Shown: piece by piece, positions 1-10,596 of the stretch
Numbering within the stretch: the first letter of the stretch is position 1
How the letters are laid out: every line of letters starts with the position of its first letter
From: an uncultured Acidobacteriota bacterium
GTDB taxonomy: Bacteria > Acidobacteriota > Vicinamibacteria > Vicinamibacterales > 2-12-FULL-66-21
Length of the DNA stretch: 64,000 bases
Assembly (NCBI GenBank): GCA_963784195.1
Contig: CAWARA010000013.1
Span: 104,687 to 168,686, forward strand
Direction of reading: 5' to 3'
Made by a program: the position numbers and the translations under genes
The notes under the pieces: generated by a model
Told to the model about the DNA's origin: nothing
Databases searched by the model: none
Seen by the model: the letters and a program-made list of their open reading frames with translations, nothing else

Positions 1-535
1 TGAAGGCCGGCCCGGTCGCTTTCATGACCTTGTCGAAGGCCTCTTCTTCCGGCGTCAGCGGCGGTGGCACCTTTCTCGCCAGATCGACCAGCGCCGTGTC
101 GACGACTGCGGTTGCGAGCACCGTCGGTATGCCTTCGTACTTCGAGATGAGGTCGGGCGTGAGGTCGAGCACGTATTCGGGCAGCCGCTGCGCGATCTCG
201 CTGGCGCTGAACCGCACGACCTCGCCGACGACCGTGACGTAAGCGTTGAGACCGATGGTCCCGTTGAGCGACGGGGCGATCACGAGCACGTTTCGTCCGG
301 TGCTCTTCGTCTTGTCCTGATCGATCGAGAACACCGACTTCGAGAGGGTTTGTTCGACAGCACCCGTGACGGTCACCAGCTGCCCGACATAGGTGTCAGG
401 CTTGTCCGCGAGGGTGCTCGCCGCGACCGGGATGAGCGGCTTTGCAATGGTGGTCTGGCCGGCCCGGACGGCGATCGTCAGGAGCAGCACGGACAGCGCA
501 GTCGCGGGCACCGCCCACTTCACGTTTGCGGTCAT
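1..535 (-). CDS. Secreted hypothetical protein, N-terminal part only (gene continues beyond window start)
   Basis: Not in the ORF track because there is no stop inside the window. ATG at 535-533 (minus) follows a GAGGG RBS-like motif. MTANVKWAVPATALSVLLLTIAVRAGQTTIAKPL... has a signal-peptide-like N-terminus, and the frame stays open to position 1. No family recognised. Confidence 0.6.
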   Translation of the reverse strand, partial: MTANVKWAVPATALSVLLLTIAVRAGQTTIAKPLIPVAASTLADKPDTYVGQLVTVTGAVEQTLSKSVFSIDQDKTKSTGRNVLVIAPSLNGTIGLNAYVTVVGEVVRFSASEIAQRLPEYVLDLTPDLISKYEGIPTVLATAVVDTALVDLARKVPPPLTPEEEAFDKVMKATGPAF

Positions 536-598
536 TTGTTTCCCTCTCAGCTCGGGCCCCTGCGGATTATACGAGCTGGCGAACTTTTAATTCATTCG

Positions 599-627
599 TT
601 GACAGGCCACAGCGTTGTGTGTATAGT
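599..627 (+). promoter_or_regulatory. Sigma-70-type promoter candidate for the BlaI/BlaR1-like operon
   Basis: TTGACA (599-604), 17-nt spacer, TATAGT (622-627), about 30 nt upstream of the ATG at 657. Read directly from sequence; no experimental support. Confidence 0.5.
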
Positions 628-656
628 CCCGCTGTAACTTTGAAAGATTTAAGAGT

Positions 657-1025
657 ATGGCGAGACGTCGCTCTCCAACGTTGACCGACGGTGAGGCCCG
701 ACTGATGTCGGTGCTCTGGGACCGGAAGTCCGCGACGGTGTCCGACGTGCTGGCCGACTTGAAGCCTAAAGGTACATACAGCACGGTTCAAACGATGCTC
801 CGGATCCTGGAACAGAAAGGATACGTGGCGCACGTGAAAGAGGGCCGGGCGTTCGTGTATCGGCCGGTTGTCGATCAGAAACTGGCCCGGCGTCGCGCAC
901 TGACTCATCTGGTTTCCCGGATGTTCAACAACTCTCCGAGCCTGCTCGTGCTGAACGTCCTCGAGAACGAGCAGATCGATCGTGCGGAGCTCGAGCGCCT
1001 CAAGAAAATGATCGAGGAAGCCTGA
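657..1025 (+). CDS. BlaI/MecI/CopY-family winged-helix transcriptional repressor
   Basis: 122-aa ORF with the family pattern LTDGEARLMSVLWD..ATVSDVL...YSTVQTMLRILEQKGYVAHVKEGRAFVYRP. Its stop lies 4 nt before the next gene. Confidence 0.9.
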   Translation: MARRRSPTLTDGEARLMSVLWDRKSATVSDVLADLKPKGTYSTVQTMLRILEQKGYVAHVKEGRAFVYRPVVDQKLARRRALTHLVSRMFNNSPSLLVLNVLENEQIDRAELERLKKMIEEA

Positions 1026-1028
1026 GAC

Positions 1029-2480
1029 GTGGACATTTTCCTGAACTGGCTCTGGCAGGGTACCTCCATCGCGCTGGCGGCGGCGCTCGCTCTCAAGGTG
1101 TCTCGACGGACCAGCGCGACGATCAGATGCTACGTCCTGTGGCTGGCGTTGCTGCTGATTCTGCTCCTGCCGCTGCGCTTGATGCCGTCCACGGTGCCCG
1201 ATCAGGTGATGGACGTACCAGGTGCCGTTGTCGCCAGCGAAGAGCCGAAGGTGATTCCAGCTATCTCGATGGGCCCGGTTTCACCCGCCGTCGTGTTCAC
1301 GCTCGCCGGGGTGGCGGCCTGCTGGTCGATCCTGCTCGTCTGGCAGGCGGCTCTGGCACTCGTCGGTCTCCATCGTCTCAAGCGCCGATGCCAGCCATTT
1401 CCACCCGCGCGCGAGGCATGCCTGGCTCACTGGAACGAGGTCAAGAACCTTGGCCGGCCTGCGCGCCTGGTGATTTCTCCCGATGTGTCCACGGCAGCGG
1501 TGCTCGGAATTACGTCGCCGGTGATTGCGTTTGCCCCGGCGCTGCTGGCGCGATTGAGCCCCGACGATCTCGACAGGATCGCGATCCACGAGTGGGCGCA
1601 CGTGCAACGCCGTGACGATGTTACGAATCTGCTGCAGATCCTGGCGCGCGCGGCGGTTGGCTGGCACCCGGGCGTGTGGTGGATCGATCGTCAGCTCCAC
1701 AGCGAGCGTGAAGCTGCGTGCGACGAACGCGCGATCCGCGTGACGGGGTCGCCTCGCGCCTACGCCGCATGTCTCGCCAGACTGGCAGAGTTGCGCGGTT
1801 CGTCGAGCGCCGCGCTGCTGACACCTGGGGCCGCGAACGCCCGTCAGCTGACTGGCCGCATCGAGCGGGTGCTCGCCCGCAGGGCGCTGCCCTCGATCGT
1901 CACCTCGTCGATCACTGGAACGGCCGCGATTGTGGTGCTCACCGCGCTGGCGGGTTCCCTTTCGAGCGTCTCACTCATCGCGATGCGCCCGGTCGTGGAA
2001 CTTGTCGCTGTCACCGCTTCGCTGGGGAGCGCAGCCTCGACGTTCCCGAAACCAATCGAAATGGTCGATCGACCACTGGCCGTGACGTCGTCGTCGGCCG
2101 GCGGGCGCCCGGCGTTGCGCAGCAGACCTTCGGATCCCGCTCGTGACACCGTGCGACCCATCGTCGCAGTTCTTGAAGACCCGTTGACCACAATCACTCC
2201 GAAGTCCGGGACCGGGCCGGCCAGCCAGCCGCCGGCCTACGACGTTCGTCCGTTGCCGCCGATACCAGAGAGCGGGGCGCTGGCCTCCCTCTCGAGCGCG
2301 CCTGGCGCCGCGCTCCCGCATCCAACGGTCGTGACCGATTTCGAAAAGCAGCGCGAGACCGCACCTTGGGGCGCGGCCGCCGACACCGGAGCGGCCGTTG
2401 CCCGCGGCTCACAGCGAGCCGCGGTCGCTACAGCCGGATTTTTCACCCGTCTTGGCAAGAACGTCGCCAAGAGCTTCTGA
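1029..2480 (+). CDS. BlaR1/MecR1-like membrane protein with peptidase M56 domain
   Basis: 483-aa ORF with a GTG start just after the repressor stop and N-terminal TM helices. HEWAHVQRRD is the HExxH zinc motif typical of M56 signal transducers. The long Pro/Ala/Ser-rich C-terminal tail has no recognisable penicillin-binding sensor domain. Confidence 0.85.
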   Translation: MDIFLNWLWQGTSIALAAALALKVSRRTSATIRCYVLWLALLLILLLPLRLMPSTVPDQVMDVPGAVVASEEPKVIPAISMGPVSPAVVFTLAGVAACWSILLVWQAALALVGLHRLKRRCQPFPPAREACLAHWNEVKNLGRPARLVISPDVSTAAVLGITSPVIAFAPALLARLSPDDLDRIAIHEWAHVQRRDDVTNLLQILARAAVGWHPGVWWIDRQLHSEREAACDERAIRVTGSPRAYAACLARLAELRGSSSAALLTPGAANARQLTGRIERVLARRALPSIVTSSITGTAAIVVLTALAGSLSSVSLIAMRPVVELVAVTASLGSAASTFPKPIEMVDRPLAVTSSSAGGRPALRSRPSDPARDTVRPIVAVLEDPLTTITPKSGTGPASQPPAYDVRPLPPIPESGALASLSSAPGAALPHPTVVTDFEKQRETAPWGAAADTGAAVARGSQRAAVATAGFFTRLGKNVAKSF

Positions 2481-2494
2481 CGACAACACTCCGC

Positions 2495-4069
2495 ATGCGC
2501 GTTCATTTCGTCAATCCGAGCGACCTGTCTTTCGGCACCGCGGTGATCACGCCGCGGTGGCTGTACGTGCTTGCGGCTGCGACGCCGGAGCACTTTGGAA
2601 CACCATCGATCGTCGACGAGACGCTCGAGCCATTCGATCCTGAGTCAGTCCAGCCGGGCGACGTCGTGGGCATCGGGATCCACACGGCGAACGTCCTGCG
2701 CGGCTATCAGGTCGGGCGTATCGCGCGTGAGCGCGGCGCCGTCGTCATCTTCGGCGGTATCCATACGAGCCTCTATCCGGACGAGGCACGCGAGCATGGT
2801 GCGGCGCACGCGATCGTGACCGGCGACGGCGATTTGATCTGGTCGACGGTTCTCGAGGATGTCGCGGCAGGCCGGCTGGCGGCACGGTACGATGGCGGCC
2901 GGGTCGATGGCGATGCTTTTCTTCCGGCGAGATGGGATCTGCTTCCCAAGGATCGCTACATGTGGGGCTCGGTGCAGACGGTCCGTGGCTGCCCGAAGCA
3001 TTGTTCGTTCTGTTCGGTCTGGCGCACTGACGGGCAAAAACCGCGACAGCGCGGCGTCACCGGCGTCGTTCGCGAGATCGTCGAGCTGAGGCGCCAGGGA
3101 TTCCGGTTCATCCTGCTTGCAGACGACAACTTCTACCCGGTGACGCTGCAGGACCTGGCCCAGGCCAAGCGACGCTCCGATTCCCGCCAGTTCGAAGTGC
3201 TCAGCGCGCTGCGACGCGAACGGTTCGAGCTGATGGAACGGCTCGAGCAGCTGCCGGGCGATTTGGTGTTCTACACACAGATCACGATGGAGGCCGCGGA
3301 GGATCCGGAATTCCTCGCGGCGATGAAGCGCGCGCGTATTCGTGGCGCGCTGGTGGGCGTCGAATCGGTTACTCCGGAGGGCTTGAAAGCGGTCTTCAAG
3401 AACTTCAACGAGGCTGGTGAGGCCCTGGTGGACAGGTTGCAGGCGTTCAAGCGGCACGGGGTCCACGTGCTGGGCTCGTTCATCTTCGGTCTGCCGACCG
3501 ACAACGCCGAGACGTTCAATGCCACGGCCGATCTCGCGAAGCGATCCGGCGTCACATTTGCGCAGTTCGTGATGTTGACGCCGTTCCCGGGTACGGTGGA
3601 CTTCAACAACTGGGAGCGCAACGCGGGTGCGGTCCAGACGGTCGACGGCGTGCCCCTTACCCGCTACTGGCTCATACCCTCGGCGTCACGACCGAAGATC
3701 TACATGCCGCATCCGAGCATGAACGCCAGCCAGATCCGCGCCGGCACGCAGGAGGCATGGGACGAGTTCTACAAGCTGTCCGCGATCTGGGAGCGCTCGT
3801 CGTGCGTCCGTTCGCTGCGCGCGCGCCTTGTATTCGTGCTGATATCCAAGCTCTATCGACAGATGTACGCGAACACCGGGATCGCCACGGATAGCGCACG
3901 AGTCGCGAGGTCGGCCAAACGCGCCCGGCTGCTGGCTCGTGGCGTCCGTCGCTTCTTCATTGCCGCGCCGATGCCCCACCTGCAGGAACCGGCAGCGCCG
4001 GCGGCGCCCGCGCCCGTGCCGGCTTACGGTGTGCGCGATGCCGCCCAGGACGTCTGGAACTCTGCGTAG
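2495..4069 (+). CDS. B12-binding-domain radical SAM protein (class B radical SAM)
   Basis: The track ORF is 2366..4069, but its 5' part overlaps the previous gene. ATG 2495 (MRVHFVNPSDLSFG...) fits better. CPKHCSFCSV is the CxxxCxxC 4Fe-4S motif and follows a B12-binding-like N-terminal domain. Confidence 0.85.
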   Translation: MRVHFVNPSDLSFGTAVITPRWLYVLAAATPEHFGTPSIVDETLEPFDPESVQPGDVVGIGIHTANVLRGYQVGRIARERGAVVIFGGIHTSLYPDEAREHGAAHAIVTGDGDLIWSTVLEDVAAGRLAARYDGGRVDGDAFLPARWDLLPKDRYMWGSVQTVRGCPKHCSFCSVWRTDGQKPRQRGVTGVVREIVELRRQGFRFILLADDNFYPVTLQDLAQAKRRSDSRQFEVLSALRRERFELMERLEQLPGDLVFYTQITMEAAEDPEFLAAMKRARIRGALVGVESVTPEGLKAVFKNFNEAGEALVDRLQAFKRHGVHVLGSFIFGLPTDNAETFNATADLAKRSGVTFAQFVMLTPFPGTVDFNNWERNAGAVQTVDGVPLTRYWLIPSASRPKIYMPHPSMNASQIRAGTQEAWDEFYKLSAIWERSSCVRSLRARLVFVLISKLYRQMYANTGIATDSARVARSAKRARLLARGVRRFFIAAPMPHLQEPAAPAAPAPVPAYGVRDAAQDVWNSA

Positions 4070-5123
4070 CTGATGAATGCCGCGCGCTCGAACGCTTCTG
4101 CGAAGGGCACGCCCTGGCCGACGAACGAGAGCAGGTTGAGGACCCCCGTCATCCCCGCGCGATCGACGAACGCCTGAGTAGCGGCGACGCTCTGGTTGTA
4201 CGCCATGCGCGCCTGCGCATCGTCGAGGCCGTCGAACGTTCGCTCGAGGCTTTTGAGAGGAATGATCGGCCCGGTCTCTTCCGGCGTCTGGCCGCCGCGG
4301 TCCGGCTCGAATAGTTGAGCGAGCCCCTCGTTGAGCCACTGCGGAACACCTCGCGGAGCGATGACTGTAGATGAGCGCGTGCGTGAACTCGTGCGCGAGC
4401 ACGCGATCGAGCTCCCGTGGATTCTCGACGGCACCGCGCATCGGCACGCGGATTCGCCCGTCGAACGATGCGACCGCCCACGTAGGTGAGCGCGTCACGT
4501 CGCGGAACTGCTCGTTCGTGTACAGGACCACCGTCAGAATGCCATTGGGATAGGCGCCGAGCGCGGTGCCGATGCGCCAATAGGACGCTTCCAGCATCTC
4601 GATGATCTTGGCCGCGAGCGCTTCTTCCTTCGGCCCCTCGAACATCGCAGTGAAGTGATCGCCGAAGCGCTGCGTGAACTTGTCGTGCAGCGCGATCTCT
4701 TTCCGCCACGTCTCCAGATTCGCGGTCAGCACCTGATTGTCCGGCGCGTGAACCAGCGCTTGCTCGTAGGTCTGGATAGCGCCGGAGAGATCGCCATCGC
4801 GATAGAGGATCTGTCCGAGCAGAATGGAGGCGTCGGTCAGGGACGGCTGCAGTTGCAGGACGGCCACCAGCTGCTGGCGGGCCTCCTCCGCACGGCCCAG
4901 CAGGTGTGCAGTCACCGCGGCCCCGAGCATCAGCCGCACGTTTCGCGGCTCGAGGCGAAGGCCCTCGCGGAAGGCATCCGCCGCTTCCTGCAGCCTGTTC
5001 GCACGAACGGCGGCCCAGCCCGAACGATCGAGCTCCGCCGCCGTGGGCCTCTGCGCAAACGTCGGCCGCATTCGCGATTGTCAACAGCAACAGCGCGAAT
5101 AAGGCAGACCTCGCTGATGTCAT
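4024..5123 (-). pseudogene. Secreted TPR-repeat protein with HExxH (MA-clan-like) C-terminal domain, read in three frames (two frame changes)
   Basis: Three parts lie in different minus-strand frames. The signal peptide MTSARSALFALLLLTIANA runs from 5123 to ~5066. The TPR body MRPTFAQ...LAHEFTHALIY runs from 5071 to ~4372. The C-terminus VIAPRGVPQWLNEGLAQLFEP... runs to 4024. The 3' end overlaps the convergent radical SAM gene by 46 nt. The lesions could be assembly errors. Confidence 0.7.
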
Positions 5124-5465
5124 AGCAGCATCAATTGTACGACGCGGGTTGCCGAGCTGCGGTGTGAGATTTTGGAGCGTCCGGGCATCCCGCGCGCGCC
5201 AAAGCAGGGACCAAGTGCAGGATCGCGAGAAAGGTTGTCAGTGTCTGCACTGTCGCGCCAAACAGTGGGCCAGATCAGCCACTTCGCGCCGCGTTCCGGG
5301 CGTATAATCTTTGTCATCGACTCTTGTGCTGCTTCGAGGTGCGCCGGGTCAATCGGCGGTTCCGAGACCGCACGTCTCAACGCCGGATGTCGCGGCGATT
5401 CGGCTTCCGCAATTTCGCTTTCCCCGATCGACAACCCACATTCTCTTGTGTTGGAGTGAACGACG

Positions 5466-6843
5466 TTGGGAGTGCCTGTTCCTGTTCCTTGTCGAACGCA
5501 CGGGCACGGTCTCTGGCCCGTGACGCGCCGTGGTCAGGTCCTCGTCGCCGGTGTCAGCTTGTTTGTTGTGTACAATCTGAATCTCCGCGCGATCGAGTCT
5601 CGAGACACGAGGACGATCGAGCACGTCGCGCTGAGCATCGCTGCGCGCGTTGACGCCGACCTCAACGAATTCCCCGCGCTATATCCGGCCGAGCACCTGG
5701 CAGATCCCAGCGGGGCCACCATCCGCGTAGATGGTCATGTGCGGGCGACGTATCCGGTGGTTACTTCGCTGGCGGCGGTGCCCTTCTTCTGGGGTGCGAT
5801 TCGTTTTGGTCTGCTTGATCCCGAGCGCCCCCATTCGATTCAGATCGAAGCCGTGGGGAAGCTGGCCGCCAGCGTCTGGACCTCGCTGGCGTGCATCGCC
5901 CTTGGGTTGCTCATTGGGAAAATGGCGGACGACTGCGCCTGCCGTCCCGTTCATGCTGGCCGCCGGATTTGCAACGCCGCTGTGGTCGTCGGCATCCCAG
6001 GCATTCTGGAGCCATGCTCCGGCCGCGTGCTTTCTCGCTCTCGCGCTAATGTGGATCATCGATAGGCCTTTGACGTCATCACGGGCAGTCATCGCAGGTG
6101 TGGCATTCGGGCTGGCCGTTGCGTGCCGTCCGCTCCTGGCCGTGTTTCCGGTTGGCGCACTCGTCGGCTTGTTATTGGTCGAACGCGACCACCGTCACTC
6201 GTTGTGGCTGGTCGCGGGATGCGCCGTGGTTCTCGCGGCGCTCGGGATATATCACCTGGCGTCGTTCGGTGCGCTGCTCGGTGGACAGGCGTCTCTCGAG
6301 TCGGCGTGGGTCCATCAGCAGACGCATCGTGTTGACGGAGCATGGTCGGGAAACCCGTTCGTCGGCTTAACAGGGATTCTGATTAGCCCGAGCAGAGGCA
6401 TTTTGACTTTTGTGCCGATCGTCTGGCTTGTGTGGCCCGCGGCACGTGCGGTCTGGACCAACAGTCCGTTTTTCCGCTGGGCGCTGATTGTTCCGAGCCT
6501 TCTGTTCGTGCTGATCTGGTCGAAGTACGCGGTCTGGTGGGGCGGTCACTCCTACGGTCCGCGTTATGCGGCCGATCTGGTGGTGCCCGTCGCCATGATC
6601 ATCGCGTGTGGCTGGGGCCGCCTGCTGTCGAGTCGAACGCGCGGCGCGACCGTCGTTGTCGTGACCGCGCTCGTCTGGTCGATCGGGGCACAAGCGATCG
6701 GCGTCTTCTGCTATCCGAATGGAGATTGGAACGGATCGCCGGTGAACGTGGACCACGCCCACGCGCGCTTGTGGGACTGGGGCGACTCGCAGATGGTCCG
6801 ATCGTGTGGCGCAGGGTTGTACCGTCCGCGATGGCTGCGGTAG
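5466..6843 (+). pseudogene. Polytopic membrane protein, possible GT-C-type (ArnT/PMT-like) glycosyltransferase, one frame change
   Basis: Frame 1 runs to ~5930 (..VGKLAASVWTSLACIALGLLIGKMA). Frame 2 runs from ~5935 (APAVPFMLAAGFATPLWSSASQAFW... to 6843). Both parts are very hydrophobic with many TM-like segments. The family call is weak and the start codon is uncertain. Confidence 0.55.
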
Positions 6844-6896
6844 TTTGCAATCAAACCGAGGATGACTGCCGGATGCGAAAACGCACAGGGCGGCGT

Positions 6897-8535
6897 TTAG
6901 TGCTGCCTGGCGGCTTTCCGTGCCGCCTCCAGGTCCGGACGATCGCCGCGCGGACACAGCTCGATCAGCTTCGCGTAGGTAGCTTCGGGCTTTCTGCACA
7001 TCGCCTGACGCCTGGGCCGCACGCGCGGCCCCCTCGATGGCTCTGTAGCGATTCGGTTCACGCGTCAGCGTTTCCTCGAATGCCGTCAACGCTTCGCCGG
7101 GACGTCCAACCTCGAGCAACATCTCGCCGAGCAGTTCGCGCGCGGGTTTGATGGGCCCGGGCGTGACCGCGGACTTTTCGGTCGCATCCTCCATGGTCGC
7201 CGCTTCGCGCAAAGTGGTCACCGCCTCCTCTTTGCGCCCCTCCGCAAACATCATCCATGCGGTGGCGGCGCGACGCTGGATTTCGACCTGATTGGCCCAA
7301 TAGGCCTCGTTCTTATCTTTCAGCGCAGCCGTCAGCGACGCCAGCTTCTCGATCGCTGCGGCGGCTGCTTTCGGATCCGCGCTTCGTGCCGCCCCGAGCG
7401 CTCGCGCGTAGTAGGTGATCGCATCGGCCCAGGGGAACGCGGTTTCGCGAGCGGGAAGCGCCGCGGCCTCCTTCCAGGCGTTGCGCTCCAGCGCCTGACG
7501 GGCGGGAATCGCGGCAAGGGCGTAGAATCCCGCGGGTGCCGGCGCGGCGTTGCCAGCCGCATCACCTTGAATGCGGACGCCAATTGCGGGCGCCGCTTCG
7601 ACGACTTTTCGTGCCGCGGCGTCCTGCGCTGTTTGCAGGTACGCGTAGACCTGGTAATCGAGCGCATGCAGCTCCTCGGTCGCTGCATTGTCCTTGCGCG
7701 CGGCAGCGGCCGACGCGAGGTTGGTCTCGATCGACTCGTCCCAGTAGCCGAGCCGCGTGAACGTGTGCGACGGCATGTGCAGCGCGTGCGGGGCATCCGG
7801 CGCGATCTTCGAATAGCTGCGCGCGGCCTCGAGTGCCTTGGGCGCGAGCGGCGGCACGTCATAGCTGTGGATGATGTAGTGAGCGATCCCGGGATGTTGA
7901 GGCTGGGCCGGCAGCTCGCGTTCGAGGATGGCGCCCGCCTTCAGCAGGTTGCCGTAGGTCCGGTCGGTGGGGAGTGCCGTCTGATCGAGCGCCAGCGCAT
8001 AGAAGATCCGGGCCTCCGAATCTTCCTTGTAGGTGTCGGCCAGTTTTTCCATCGCCTTCTCGTAGGCGACCGTCCGGGTGCGGGTGTCGACGGTGCCCGC
8101 GTCCTTGTAGAGCAGCGCAACGGCCTCGATGTAGTCACGCTCGCGCGGGGTCTTCGGCGCCGCATTACGCGCCTTGTCCACGGCTGCCTGCCCGAGCGCA
8201 ATCGCCTTCGTGCTTCGGAATCCACCGAACGGATTCCCCCACCAGCTCATCGCAATCCCCCAATGGGCCATCGCGCAGCCAGGATCCTTCGCCAGGATCT
8301 TGTCGAACGTCTCGATGGCGGCCGAGAACCAGAACGAATGGAGCAGAGCTACGCCGCGGTCGAAGTCGGCTGTGACCTCCTTCGAGCAGGAGGTGTCGAA
8401 GTGAACTTTCCCGAGCCCTTGAGGTGCAGCGCCGGATTCGTGCTGATGTTGAGCCACGGCGGTCCGGGCAGAGCCGACACCTATTGCGAGACCCAGCAAC
8501 AGAACTGCGAGTCTTCTCATCGTCACGATGGTCAT
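6897..8535 (-). pseudogene. Secreted helical-repeat (TPR-like) protein, one frame change near its 3' end
   Basis: ATG 8535 follows a GGGAGGTGG RBS and opens the signal peptide MTIVTMRRLAVLLLGLAIGVGSARTAVA. Track ORF 6367..8661 runs on for ~200 junk codons through the opposite-strand gene. Removing one base near 6976-6981 gives ..KARSY/YAKLIELCPRGDRPDLEAARKAARQH* ending at TAA 6899-6897. Conserved His motifs IIHSYD and HALHMPSH are present. Confidence 0.75.
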
Positions 8536-8551
8536 GATGGCCACCTCCCAA

Positions 8552-10528
8552 TTACTGCGATTTTGCCGCCAGCTCCACATACCCGTCGCTGATGGTGTCG
8601 TCAGGCTTCGCGCCGAACAGCGCCAGCAGCTCGGAGATGACCGCCGCCTTGTCGCGAGCATCGCGTCGCGACCATGTCCGTGATTTCACTTCCACGAAAT
8701 AGCCAGGCGTCGGTGGGCTGACCAGGCGATCGAGGTGAACGTAGAACTCCACACCCCGATAGGCCACCAGCCAGCGAAGCCTTTCCTTTTCGACCACGCG
8801 CTCGCCGGCAGGGCGGAAGTACTCGCGGTAGAAGCGCTGCGAGTGCGCCGCCGGCGCCAGGTAACGCGACCGCGAGAGCAGCACCGAGCCGAACCGATCT
8901 TCTTCGCGCGTGCGGCCGGTCAGCGTCAGCCGCGAGCGCTCGCCGGTCACCTGGCCCGACTGGTCGAGGAACTCGTCCTGACGATACCGCAGCCGTCCCT
9001 GTTCCAGATCGTCGAACGACCAGTACGTGTCGTGCTGACGGTAACGGCTGCTGCGGATGACCGTCAACTCGTCGCTGTCGATGACCCGCTGGACCTGTTC
9101 GGCCGACGGGATCCGCGCCTTCACCTGGACCTCGAAGCTTTCTTGTTGAACCGCGCCGCCGACGGCGACCAGCTTCTGCAGGACGCTGACCTCGCGGCTG
9201 CCGAGGAACGCGTCGATCCGCCGCGCGCACTCCTGCGCTTCGCGCCGCAGCTCGGCTTCGTTCAGCGTCAGCAGCCGGCGGTCGCGCATCAGCCACCGGC
9301 CGTTGCACATGACGTCGCTGACGTCGGTCGACTTCGCCGCGTAGACGATATGAGCGTAGACGCTGTTGGGATCGCGGTGGAACGACGGAACGTTGTGCAA
9401 GGCGCTCACGTCGACGACGATCAGGTCGGCGCGTTTTCCCGGCTGCAACGAGCCGGTGAGGCGATCAATGTGCAGCGCGGCCGCGCCAAGGCGCGTCGCC
9501 ATCGTCAGCGCCTGCCGCGCCGGGAGCGTGGTCGGATCCCCGCTCGTGCCTTTCGCTAGCAGCGCGGCGAGCCGCGTCTCCTCGAACATGTCGAGGTCGT
9601 TGTTGGACGCGGCGCCGTCCGTGCCGATCCCGACGTTCACCCCGAGCTCCAGCATCTTCGCGACCGGAGCGACGCCTGCCGCGAGCTTGAGATTGCTGGT
9701 CGGGTTGTGCGCGATGCCTGCGCCGGCGTTTTTCAGCGCCCGGATTTCCCCCTCGTCGACGTGCACGCAGTGCGCGGCCAGCACCTTCGCGCCGAACAGT
9801 CCCTGCTTCTTCGCCCACGGGATCACCGGCATGCCGTTGAGCCGCCGGGATTCTTCGACCTCGAGCAGCGTCTCCGACAGGTGCGTGTGCAGCGGCACAT
9901 CGAATTCCGCCGCCAGCTCCGCGCAGGCGCGCAGGATCTCGGGTGTGCACGTGTACGGCGCATGTGGGGCCGGGGAGGGCACGATCAACGGGTGCGAGCG
10001 CCAGCGGGAGACGAAATCGCGCGTGCGCGCGAGCGCGTCTTCGTAGCTGGCCGCGTCCGGCGCCGGGAATCGCAATACCGTCTGGCCGCACAAGGCGCGC
10101 ATCCCCGCGTCGGCGGTCGCCTGCGCGACGGCCTCCTCGAAGTAATACATGTCCGCGAAGCACGTGACACCAGAGCGGATCATCTCGGCACAGGCGAGGC
10201 TGGTGCCGAGCCGCACGAAGTCGGCGCTGACGAACTCGCGCTCGACCGGCATCATGTAGCCCATCAGCCAGACGTCGAGCCGGAGATCGTCCGCCAGGCC
10301 GCGCAGGAGTGTCATGGCGGCGTGGGTATGAGCGTTGACGAGGCCCGGCATGATGACGCGCCCGCGGCAGTCAATCGACTCGGCCGCTTCGAGCGTCAGG
10401 GCCTGTGGCCCAACCGCTTCGATGGCGTCGCCCCGAATCGCCACGCCGCTGTTGCGATGGATCGTCCACTGCTCGTCCATCGTGAGCACGGTCGCGTTGG
10501 TCAACAGGACGTCGCACCGGCCGGGCAT
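8552..10528 (-). CDS. Amidohydrolase (MtaD / methylthioadenosine-SAH deaminase-like) fused to a C-terminal CYTH-like domain
   Basis: Start ATG 10528 (MPGRCDVLLTNATVLTMD). The upstream part of the track ORF runs through an intergenic repeat. PGLVNAHTHAAMT, HTHLSE and GTDGAASNN are amidohydrolase metal-site motifs. The last ~200 aa (FEVQVKARI ... GYFVEVKSRTW) look CYTH / CyaB-like. Confidence 0.85.
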   Translation of the reverse strand: MPGRCDVLLTNATVLTMDEQWTIHRNSGVAIRGDAIEAVGPQALTLEAAESIDCRGRVIMPGLVNAHTHAAMTLLRGLADDLRLDVWLMGYMMPVEREFVSADFVRLGTSLACAEMIRSGVTCFADMYYFEEAVAQATADAGMRALCGQTVLRFPAPDAASYEDALARTRDFVSRWRSHPLIVPSPAPHAPYTCTPEILRACAELAAEFDVPLHTHLSETLLEVEESRRLNGMPVIPWAKKQGLFGAKVLAAHCVHVDEGEIRALKNAGAGIAHNPTSNLKLAAGVAPVAKMLELGVNVGIGTDGAASNNDLDMFEETRLAALLAKGTSGDPTTLPARQALTMATRLGAAALHIDRLTGSLQPGKRADLIVVDVSALHNVPSFHRDPNSVYAHIVYAAKSTDVSDVMCNGRWLMRDRRLLTLNEAELRREAQECARRIDAFLGSREVSVLQKLVAVGGAVQQESFEVQVKARIPSAEQVQRVIDSDELTVIRSSRYRQHDTYWSFDDLEQGRLRYRQDEFLDQSGQVTGERSRLTLTGRTREEDRFGSVLLSRSRYLAPAAHSQRFYREYFRPAGERVVEKERLRWLVAYRGVEFYVHLDRLVSPPTPGYFVEVKSRTWSRRDARDKAAVISELLALFGAKPDDTISDGYVELAAKSQ

Positions 10529-10596
10529 GACTACATCACTATAATCGCTAACGCGAATCCCACGTCTGCGGTTCCTTGTCAATAATCGCTTCCGTG

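Noticed and set aside
6367-8661. 764-aa minus-strand ORF, the longest-looking hypothetical in the first 10 kb
   Set aside because: Only residues 43-~560 look like a real protein. The N-terminal 42 aa precede a clear RBS and signal peptide. The last ~200 aa are Arg/Pro-rich junk running antisense through the 5466-6843 gene, caused by a one-base frame change near 6978. The true end is TAA 6899-6897.
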